64,000 bases of DNA from NCBI GenBank assembly GCA_964187785.1, contig OZ076409.1, positions 63,862,001-63,926,000 on the forward strand, written 5' to 3'. The position numbers and the translations under genes are program-made. Below the pieces are notes generated by a model. The model was not told where the DNA came from. It worked only from the letters and a program-made list of their open reading frames with translations, and did no database searches. Each line of letters opens with the position of its first letter. The stretch's first letter is position 1. This document shows, piece by piece, positions 24,616 to 35,173 of this stretch. Source of the DNA: Amphiscolops sp. MND2022 (lineage: Eukaryota).

Positions 24616-27600
24616 ATGGATTCTCATCCGACTACTGCTTCTGCTATTGATCCCGGGGCTCAGAGTGGCCATGAAACACAATGCGTGTTTTCGGAGGGAG
24701 ATGTGCATCAGAGTGACGCGGACGATATCCGTCCACGGGCAGTTGGTAAGTGCTTTTTATTCCCGGGTCCATTAAGCTTTTGTGAATGATACTACTTTCA
24801 GATAGGCTTTTTTGTTCCGTATTTTCACAGCTTAGATTTTCTTGACGCGTCGATGTTGGGAATGTACTTTCTCTTTTTTAGAGTCCAAAGTAGTATCTCC
24901 TCCTCCTCCTGGCGTAGGTTGGGATATTCCGCCTTCGACCATCTTTCCTGTGACCCCTTCTGCGGGACCAGTTCGTGTTCCTTGTGAGTCCTCTGCTCCT
25001 GTCTCTGGTGATGAGACTCCTGTCGTGTCACGCTCGAAACCTGACGTTACCTTTCCAGAGTTGCTTGCTGGCTCTTCTTGCGGAGGCGAGATGACATCCC
25101 CCCGCTGGTGGAGATGACGTCCTTGGAGCGGCAGTTCCAAGAACTGGGATCCTTGGCCAGACCTCCAGTTCTCCCCGATTGTCTTGTTTCCTGCCTGAGT
25201 TCGGGAAAACTCGGGGAAAACTCGCTCTGCAATGGCGCAATCAGAATCCAGAAAGAGAGGTAAAATTGAGGTGTTTCCTTGGTTCCTACGTACTGTCTAA
25301 TTGGTTGTTTTGTCTTCTTGGTGATTGTGCTGTCAGTAATATGACATGTTGACGTTATAGTTGCGTCCACTGGTGCGGAAAAAACGGGAACAGGGTCGTC
25401 TGGTAAGAGAAAACGACAAGTGCGCGTCCAGACAGCGAACTTGCAGCTTGCTCAGCTTACTGTGAGCGGTAATAAAACTTTCTTAATCTTGTAAAGCTAA
25501 GACTGGGGGTTCGTGTGGCAGTTCAGATGTAAATTTGGTTTGTTCTGTTGATTCTGGCGACTGTGCTGCGCAAGGTATCTCTGGAGTCAGCGATTTAGTT
25601 GTTCCTGGGACTGAACGTGCTGCAGTTGGTCCTGTTCTAGCAAATGAGTATCTGTATCATGATCGTGGCCATTATTTGCCATTGTAATGGGGCGTTATGT
25701 AATCTTTGTCTAAGTAGTTTGTTGGTTTGCTAGTATCGTAGTTATATTTTGGGTGACGTTAAGCCGTAGTCATGTCGTTTCATAGGAATGCAAGACCTAT
25801 TGTCTCGGGTGGGAAGCAGTCTGGAGGCGGTCGCCTTGCGTGAGAGTTCCGTCAGAAAGTACAGCAGTCGACATCTTTTGCGAAAAGACATGGTGGGCGA
25901 CCATCCTGTCTTTATCTTGTTTGTCAGTAGGGCCAGCAACGGGTCTTCGTCGCGCTTTCATTGCATGATCTGTAAGCGCGATGTTTCAATGCAGTCACGG
26001 GAGGCAAGAGAATTCGTCCGTCATTTTGCCGCCGATCGCCACTGGTCACGAGATGTGGCATACAGAGTACAACATGGTATGCCAGTCTTTGACCAATTGA
26101 TGAAGCCTCTCGAACTGACGTCGGAGCAGCGGGCTGAATACCTTAGCCAGGATGCAGTCGAGAAGGATGAGGGGTTCAGCTTCCCGGAGGATTTGTTGCC
26201 CGCATGCACCCGGGTTAACTCGACAATTCCTCTTTTCACCATGGTGAATTGCGTTTCCGAGTTCTGTAGATTGGGTGGCAGCTACGTTTTGCTTCGCAAA
26301 CTGTGGGGCAATTTCCGTGCCACTTTGAGACCTGACAATCCCTTATACAACCTTCGTTGGGACCTTCTTGAGACACTGGTTAGTAAGTTTTATAGTGATG
26401 AATTTTTGTGGACGTTTCGTGGTCGGCATGTCAAGTTGTTGACAGTGGAGTGAGTTGGGAGATTTGTGTTTTAATCGTTGATTTGTTGTGCCTTTTTTCC
26501 TCGGGTTCTGCGCTCCGTCATCTCTCGAGTTACTGCTTTCAATTGCTACAGCGTGCGTTTCGAAGAGCATTCAGATGGGCAGTACTGTTTCGTTCTGACT
26601 TGGGAGGGCAATACCCTACTGGACATCTGCGTCAAGGTTGAGCCCCTTGGTCAGCGAGTACCTCAGTCTGAGTTGTCGTCTTTATCGCGCATCGTAACAA
26701 GTCTGCCTTCAGCTCCCTTCCCCATCAGTATTCTTGGCACTGGTCCTTCAGTTCTACGGGTGCTCAGCGACGAGCGTAGTGATGAGCAACGGTTTGTGTA
26801 TGCACGAGAATTCTCTTCTGTTGTGTTCCTGTACTGCTATCGTGTGGCCTATCAGGAGATTTTTGGACTAATGGAGGTCACTACCATGGTCGATTTCCTG
26901 GCGATGCGTCTTCGTGGGCCTTTGCAAGAGCCCTGGATGGAGAAGTTGCCCGAACTTCGTCGCTGTGTCGTCGCTGGGAAGGTGTCCTTCAATGAACTGC
27001 GCGGGTTCGTGACGGAGCTAATGTCAATCTGGGAGACAGTCCGGGAGTACGTCCGTTACACGGGCCCCCGTCACGTTAAGTGTGAGTCTGAAAAGGTGGG
27101 TATAGATTTTGTTTCAGCGATCTATTGGTAGTCGTACAGTAGAGTATTGTCACTGTGTCGGTTGGGCCATCATGCTGTTGTTATTTAGATGCGAGGCACT
27201 GACACACTTGTATATTCCGAGACGACGAACAAGCTGCGACTGGGAATGCTGCTGCACGTTCTTGACTTGTGTAAGTTGTGCTGTTTTGAACCTTTCCTTC
27301 CTCCTTTTCCTTTTTCATTAGTGGTATAGGTCATTTAGTGACTTGGGTAAGGTGATCGTTGGTGTAGTTATGTTTTCGTCTAGGTGGCGGACTTTGCTGC
27401 TTATTCTTGGTTTTCTCTTGTGTTTAGATCACTGCACTTTCAAGAAACAACGGTCCGGGCGGGTTTATTACACATTTCATGCGTATAGCGAGGTCAGACA
27501 ATTTGAGTACTGCCTTCTGTCTCGCAGTCGCAAGTTATCAAGTCTGACCCCACTTGACGATTGGGAATCTTATATGGATTCCTCAAAGCTGGATTCTTTT

Positions 27601-28734
27601 AGGAGGGTCAGCAGTGACGATTTCCTCAACAATCACGAGTTCGGAGTCGAGTTACATCGCTCAAATACTGGCGAGGTGTGCGAATTCCGCAATCGTTGCC
27701 GCGAGTTTGTGGATCGTCTGGTTGACGTGATCTTGAGCCAGCAGGTCGTGTCTTCTGATTTCCTCCAGAGGCTTTATTGCTTATGTCCCGAGCTGCTGCT
27801 TGAAGGTGACGATCGCCACGTCTTTCGGTTATTCTCTCGTCTTGTTCGTGTGCTCGAGCGTTGTGGTTGTCTCTCTGGCTGTGATGCCCGAGCCAGTCTC
27901 GAAGAGTTCACCACTTTTGTTGTCGATGCTAGCACGCGGCATCGTGAATCAGAGAAGAGTGCGGAGCAGATTGAAGATGTCACTACTTATCTGCTTTCTG
28001 ACTACAGTTTCATGTCGCGAAGGAGTCTGGTGCGGGTCTTGGAAGTGTGTTGTTTGGTCATAGATCGTCCTCAAAAGAAGATGCCCAACATTGAAATTGA
28101 CCTGAAAGACTGTGCTGTTTCTGTTGCCGTTGTGACGTCGTCCCTGAGGTGCGTTCATAGTCTTGTGTCCTCTCCTGGGTACAAGCAGGGCGCTTTCTTC
28201 ACGCAAGGAACAAAGGAGAGTGTTCGCTATGCTATTGCTAGTAGTCGTGATTTCATGTCATGTGCTAGTTTCGATCCATGGGAGAGTGTGTCGTGTGGCG
28301 ATCGTTCGGCCTTTGTCAAACAGTATTCCTCAGTTTTTGATGCTTACTTGAGCCGCAGGAAGAGCGAAGCTACGAAACAGCTGCACAATGCAAATCGACA
28401 ACCGCGTCACGTTCGTTTCTCTGAGTCAGGTGGTTCGGGCGGGTCGAGTGTTTGTAGTTCTCCTCGTACTGTGCTGCCTGCTTCCTCGTTTGCTGTTGCT
28501 TCTCCGGGATCGAGTTCCGAGGCTGGGACGTCAGGGCAGCATACGTATACTGCTGAGTCTGTACTGGTTGCTATTCTGGGACAAAGGAAAGGGGCAAAAC
28601 CATATGGTAAAGAGTCAACTGTGAGGAAAGAGGGTTTGACAAAAGGTACAGGTAAAGATCTCGAGAAGGAGCAAGAGAAAGATGCGAGAAAGAGTTCAAA
28701 GCCGGCTAAAAAACGACCGGGTGCCAAATCGTGA
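24616..28734 (+). CDS. Spliced antisense gene inside the retrotransposon; zinc finger plus degenerate hAT-transposase-like protein
   Basis: Phase-consistent exons 25786-26378, 26505-27095, 27189-27270 and 27428-28734 give ~856 aa from M25788. Upstream exons are likely from ATG 24616 (donor 24746, acceptor 24881). It contains the zinc finger CMICKRDVS..EFVRHFAADRH and a basic C-terminal tail. The acceptor at 26503-04 is GG instead of AG. Confidence 0.75.
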
Positions 28735-29042
28735 AGCAAGTGAAATTGATAACTGAAACTTTGGCGTAGCTGATGTTTGGAACTGTAGAGATAGTTTTTG
28801 TTGTTTTTCACTGCAGCCTCATCTATTGGGTTGTATTCATTGATTATTTGTTACCTTGTTAGTAGATCGTCCTATTTAGCTGGAGTAAAAAAATTAGATG
28901 ATGGTAGATGGTTCCCCAGCAAAACAGTATAGAAGCGTTTGGAGTCGGAAAAAAAACAAGTGAAGAAAAAGGCCGTAGTATGCCAAAATTTAAATTTGTC
29001 AGGTCGGTTCGATCTGGACACTTGATAATGTCTTTTCCCTTT

Positions 29043-32000
29043 TTAGTGAGTCGTAGTCATAGCGTCGAGTCGTCTGAAGTCAGGATTTGCGTTAGGTTTA
29101 GGATTGGGTGGTAATTTGTACTTTGCTATTTTTCTTGGATTGCATCCGACAACTCTGGGCGGTAATTTCGAGTATAGGTGGACTTTCGATGAGTGGGGGC
29201 GACGTATATATGGAAATATCCCCCACGTCTGTAGTGAGGTTCGAAAAGTCCGACGACGACGACGCTACGCCATTCGTGTCTTCAGTATGATTATTCCGTG
29301 TCTGCTGCGTCATCGTTTCGTCATTTGTGTTCGCTACTTTTTGTGTCACTACTTGTTGATTGCTTTCCGCACCTCTTGGCGTCTCATGTTCGTCACTTTG
29401 CTTTCCGAACTCCATTTCCCACGAAGCTGCGTACCACCACTCGTTGTGCGACACTTTGATGTCTGGATCCGGAAGATATTCATTTGATCGTACTGTGACG
29501 TCGGACATGCGTTGTTCCGGCACTTAGGGTCGTATGCGAATTCTGTGTAGCGTTTGTGTATATCTCGTGCCAATTTTTCGTATCGTGTAATTATTATTTG
29601 AGAGCACTTTGATCACTATGCACGGTCCTATCCAGATACAGTCTTGGAATGCGAATTTTGTCAATTGATTGTCGGCTTTCGGGTTGAGTATGTAGCAGTA
29701 GTCATAGATCTTCAGTGGAGCTGCGGACGCTTTGCGGTCGTAATATTTTTTGTTTTTGAGATAAGACAGCATGATGTTGTCCTTCGCTGTCGCTCGCACT
29801 TCGTCATTTTGTTTTTTGAGTTGATCTGCTATGTCCGAGTTAGGCGTAGTTTTCCATTTTGGCTTGATGCCCAGTTTTAAATCGAGAACGTTGTAGGGTA
29901 TACGTCCGTGGAATACTGTAGATGGTTCGCAACCCAAATTTTCATGATATGTTGTATTATAGTTCATTACCGCAACTTGGACATATTTGTGCCACATTGA
30001 GCGTCTTTCTCCCGTCGAAAGTTTTAGAGCAGTTTTGATTGAAGCATGAGTTCTTTCCAAAATTCCGATCGTTTGTGCAAGCTTCGTATACGCGTGGCTA
30101 ATTTGGATTTCGAGTATTTGGGCTATTTTGGTGACAACTTCTGATCGGAATTGTGACCCTTAATCTGATAGGATCAATGTTGGCAAATATGCGTGTCTTG
30201 TCATGACATCGACAATACATCGTCCGATTGTTTTTGCTGTGCTATTCTGCGTTGGATATGCGAATAGATAACGTGAAAATACATCAATCATCGTAACGAT
30301 GTTTTGGCATCCTGCAGAGTTTGGTAGATTCGGCAAAATGTCGGTTTCGAGGATGTCGTCCGGACCTAGGATGTGTTCTGTATTGTTGATCACCTTCGGT
30401 CTGATTTGACTGCTGTTGATTCGCTTGTATTTCATGCAGTCTTCGCATTGCATTACCAACTGTCTGATTCTTTTTGCTAGTACAGGGTAGTAATACTTTG
30501 ATCGACATTCTTGGATCATTTTTGTGATCCCTGGGTGCTTTCCCATTTGTCCGTGAATTGCTTTTAAAAGTTCTGTAATCAAATGCTCGGGAATTAGTAT
30601 TTGGTGATGTGTGACTTGACCGCATTCTCCGTAGTATTTGCGCATTAGTATTCCTTCTTTGACTATGAGTCTGTTTTCGTGGACTAGGAGACGCTTTGCT
30701 GTCGGATCAGTTTGTAAGAGGTGTTTGTCAATTTCTTCCCATATCAGTTTTCTTTTGATTGCCTTGAATACTAGATTTGAATCTTGTTCGACTCTGATAC
30801 GCGCATCTTCCTTTATGGCTCCAAAGGTGTATGATGCTTTGTTTATTGGGATTGGTGTTGTTTCTTTTATGGCCAGTTTTATTTTTGTCGTCTCTTCGTC
30901 GCGCGCGTTTTGTCTGGCTTGTTCATTTTGTGAGAGGATTTCTTCTTCCGTTTCTATCGTTTCGTCGGGAAGGAAGAAAAGTTGTTCTTCATCTGCGACG
31001 TCTGTTGATTGTAAACTAACTTGTATTGGGCGGATTGTAAAGTCGTCTCGGATTTTTAGTTCAACTCATTCTTCGGGATTATGTTCAATTCGTGACAGGA
31101 AGTCAGCCGCTGGATTTTGCGTACCGACTACGTGCATTATGTGGAAGCTGAATTGTAGCACATAATCACAGGCGTTCCACAGCGTAGGCGGTATGGATTT
31201 TGTTTGAAAAAAGCGCGTGACTGACATATTATCGGTCATTACGAGTGTCGGTAGTGTCGCTTCCCACAGTATTTGACTGTATTCTAAAAATGCGTGATAG
31301 ATGGCTAGAAATTCTTTACAGTAGATTGACATTTTTAGTTGAGCTGGGGAAAACACTTTCGATCCGGATGCGACTGGAGCAAACGCTTTCTTTTTTGAGT
31401 TGAATTTTTTGTCGGTATCTTCTTCGATCATAAGTGCAAAGCCGGGGCGCGAAAACTGGCGTCCGTCATTAGGACGTATTGGCATCCTGTGATTGGTTGT
31501 TTGAGCGCCAATCCGCAGGCTTGCGTCAGCGCTGCGTTGTTCACTTTGTAGTGGTGAAGTAACTCTTCTGTGACTTTGATTTGATTGTCTGCTTTCAACA
31601 GTTTGTAGAATCCGAGCAATTTTCAGACAATCGCGGGATGTAGTTGCGATAATAATTGACAAAGCCGATGTATTTTTGTACTTGCTTTTTTGATTTTGGA
31701 AATCTCATATTTGCCAGGAATTTCTGAATTTTATGAACTTGGGGGGGGGCAATTCCCTGTAGTGTGATTGTTCTTCCAAGGAATTCTACCTCAGTCACTC
31801 CAAAAAGGCATTTTTCTATAGTTAATTTGAGTCCTGCTTGTCTGATTCAATCAAAAACGGCTCGGATGTTGCGTATCAGTTGCGTCACTGAGTTGGCGGC
31901 AATTTCGAGGTCATCCACATATTGCGCGCACTGGTCTGCTTTGATCACTTTATCCAAGTATTCTCTCATGAAACTTGAAAATGCTGAGGGGGCTCTGCTC

Positions 32001-33695
32001 AGTCCTTGTGCTAGACGTTTGTAGGCAAGCGTCCTACTTGCGAAGTTGAAGGCTAGCATTTCAATTGATCTCTGATCTGCCATTTGTAGGCAATGTTATG
32101 CCTGAGAGCAGTCTAATTTACAAAACAACTTCTTTCCAGCTAGGTGTTGAGCTGCATCTGACAAAGTGACAACCGGATGATTATTATTGATCTAATCGTC
32201 TGAGATTAATGCGTTTCTTTTTCGTAAGTCGACAAGTAGACGCAACTTGCCATTCGGCTTGCGTTGTGCGAAAATTGGGTCGTTGATATGCCGTATCTAT
32301 GCATTAGCGACAACTCAACCGTTAGGTCTTCTTTCAAATTTATTGGTACTGACAAGCTTTGCGTATAAATTGGGCGTTCGTCTCTCGGACTCAATTTTAC
32401 TTTGAAATTGTTGTTAATTCCAATGTCAAGGCGATGACGCGCAAAGATGTCGTTGTGTTCAACTATAGTTGCTTTCTGTCATTGCCTTCAATTTGAGAGC
32501 CTTCCCATTGGAACATGTCGAGGAATTTCTTTCTAGATCCTTGGTCTTTTGTTGGATCCAGTTCTTCTTTCTTGATGAGTTCACGAATTTCCTTCAGTAT
32601 TCGTCGTTGGATTGGCTTATGCTCTTCTTCGTTTACTGGGTTTTCGGGAGTGGGGAACCAAAGGTTCTTGTCATTTTGTTCGGTTTCGCTGGATTTCATG
32701 AATTCATTGACGTACATGTGAGTGTCATCAGGATCATCTAGCAACTTGAGTGCGGCGATGTCAACTGGTCGGATTTGTTTTGTGTCTTCGGGTTTGAGGA
32801 TTTGTAGTTCCGCCAGTTTTGTATGATTCTTTATTGTGTGGGGGAAATCCGTCAAATTGGTGATTCGAATGTTGAGTCTTTTATTGTGGGCGGTCGCTAG
32901 CGCTGGTGCAACGATGATTCTTGCTGTTTCATCGAATTGGGGTAGTGGTTGTTCCGCGCCAGTGACGTCATTCGTAATTGTGGTGATAGGTGTATGTTCC
33001 AATGTTGAATTGGATGTCCGCTGTGGCTATGGGTTGCTCTAATTGTGCGTTTGCGCATTCAATTTTGAAAGGAGGTTGGGGGTACTCCTTGATGACGCAA
33101 CTATCACTATTCATTTTGATGTGTTGTGATCTGATCAGGACATGGCGTTGATGAACGCGCTTGAGTCGACGAGTCCATCCATTGTTATTTCGCCGAATTC
33201 AAATGGAAAATACAGCATTCTGCGTCTTTTCTTGAGTACTATGGTCGAGTGAAGTGGTATGCATGTCTCTCCGTCTTTCTCCATTACATCCTTTTTGATT
33301 GAATTAAGTGAGGCGGGGAAGTCGTCTGAAAAGATAGGTGTCTTAGTGGAGTCATTAGTATTTTCCTTAGTTGGTTGGGACGATGATTGGTCGTCAGGGG
33401 CGTTTTCGTTCTGTTCTACTTGTGTTGCAATGGGCTGTGGTGACGAGGGCTGGTCAGGAGGGTTCATGTGTTGCTTATGGTCGCCTCTGTAGTCTTCATC
33501 TGGTATAAGTTTTACCTTGTTCGATTTGTGGATGTAATTTACTTATAGAAGCGATTGCTGGTCGTCTCAGCCAGTCCTCCAATGATGTGCCATTGCATTC
33601 GATTGTTGTATCATTTGCGTATTTGGTAGGGGGATCTTCCGTTGAATACGCCCTCGCGTCTACTGTTTCCCCGAAGCGCAGGCGCGGCGTAATTA
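29043..33695 (-). pseudogene. pol: pol (protease, dUTPase-like spacer, reverse transcriptase, RNase H, integrase) with multiple stops and frameshifts
   Basis: LVDSSA (PR), YVDD (RT), LMTDAS (RH), H..HPG..CEDC, IDVFSRY, LILSD and ERTHASIK (IN), WIGP (GPY/F). Confidence 0.95.
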
Positions 33696-33702
33696 GTTTT
33701 TT
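33645..33702 (-). promoter_or_regulatory. -1 ribosomal frameshift signal at the gag/pol junction
   Basis: A AAA AAC (33702-33696) lies immediately before the gag stop TAA and is followed by a GC-rich stem TACGCC...GGCGTA. The -1 frame is open downstream. Confidence 0.75.
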
Positions 33703-33852
33703 GAGTCGTCGACAGATGTAGCTGTCGTTGGTTGGACGGAGTTATTCGTCTTTCGTTCTTGTGTAGGTCGCGGAACGTCGGCAGAGTTGGCTTCATTCCA
33801 ACAATCTTCTGTTTCATGTGGTTTGCCGCATGTATCGCATTTGAGCAGTTTG

Positions 33853-34305
33853 CATTACGATACATATGCCGCAACGAACTAGCAAGATCTTGCTAGTTCG
33901 AATAACAGTCAATAAAAACGCGTTAGTATTTCAAATACGCGTTACGTGTTTTGCTCGTTACACAGTGTGATTTGGCGTTACGCGTAGTGATCAAAATGCA
34001 GTAAATGACTACTTTACACTCTCTACAATTACGTACTTTGGTTGGTTTCCCCTTCACACAAGAATGGAAGCATCGTTTAGAGTCATTCTTACTCACAGTG
34101 TATACCAAAATTCTTTACTGGTTTCCACTTTTCTCTCTAATTACGCTCAATGATTACAATCCGCACTTGATGATTACACAGTGCATCTCAATTCGCGATG
34201 AACACGATGCACGTTTTGACTAGAATACGGTTCGCTCTCGTTTTACTGAAAATACTTTTTACACTTGATGATAAATTCCACTTTTGCGGCATATGTATCG
34301 TAATG
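33853..34305. mobile_element. 453-bp MITE inserted in gag (CMC/CACTA-like termini)
   Basis: Perfect 22-bp TIR CATTACGATACATATGCCGCAA and 2-bp TSD TG. Excision restores the gag frame (QSAGKLLKCDTC). Confidence 0.9.
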
Positions 34306-35160
34306 TGCCTGCACTCTGGTTGGTTTGTCCGTTATTTTTCGTCGTCTGTTGCCATTTGTCTCTTTTCATTTTTCTGCATTCTGCCTTGTAATGTCCAACT
34401 TTATTGCAGTGAAAGCAGTACCCCTTTTTGGTGTTCTGCGCAGTATTGTCGACTTGTTTGGGCTCAGTCTTCGATGGAGCTGGTTCTACTTTGTTTAGAG
34501 GTACCAGAGTTACCTCGTCTGGCGCACCAAGGCCGTTAAGCCTCATTTCTCTTTCTAGGTGGAGAATGATGTCGTTGTAGGGTTTGTCCTCAAGGTACGC
34601 CTTATAAAGTACTTTCTTTACATGATCTGGCATTTTCGCGTAAATTTCCTTGTCAAGAAAATGTTGAGCTTCCGAACCGAAAGCCTCGTTTGCGGCTTTT
34701 TGGAGGACGTCCAAGAATTCGTGGAGTTTCTGTGTCGAGGGGTCAAATTTAAGCGCGTCCCATTCACATCTGGTTTTGGCCATTGATAAGTAGTCTCCAA
34801 AACGACGTTTAAAATCGTCATGATTTCGTCTAGCGAATCTTTTTTCGAGTCTTCAAGGTTACAGAACGCTTGTAGGGCGTCTCCTTTGAGTAAGGAATGA
34901 AAATATTTGATTTTCTGGATTTCCGTAAGGTGGGGGTACATTTTTATGTTATTACGGAAAAGATCTTCAAAAAACTCGAACTTTTCCGATTTTCCGTCAA
35001 ATGTTGGTAGTGATGCCGTTAAGGCTTTTGGCATCGGCAGCGCAGTGCTGTCATTCTTTTCTGATGCAAACAGAGTTCTCGCTAATACTGGGCGTTCTTT
35101 TGACGTTGGTTGGCTTTGAGACCGCGCTTTTGTTCTTTTTGGTTTGTGGAGTCGGTTAAA

Positions 35161-35173
35161 ACTCCTGTCACCA
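35161..35173 (-). other. Primer-binding site, tRNA-Leu-like
   Basis: TGGTGACAGGAGT lies directly after the 5' LTR end and resembles the complement of tRNA-Leu 3' ends. Confidence 0.8.

Noticed and set aside
27343..28734. 463-aa ORF with a hydrophobic N-terminus as a possible env
   Set aside because: It is antisense to pol, the hydrophobic start is translated intron upstream of the acceptor at 27427, and there is no C-terminal transmembrane segment.
33821..33874. Similarity between the MITE TIR and adjacent gag sequence (TTGCCGCATGTATCG), suggesting homology-guided targeting
   Set aside because: It is a short gapped match in a single instance and may well be chance.
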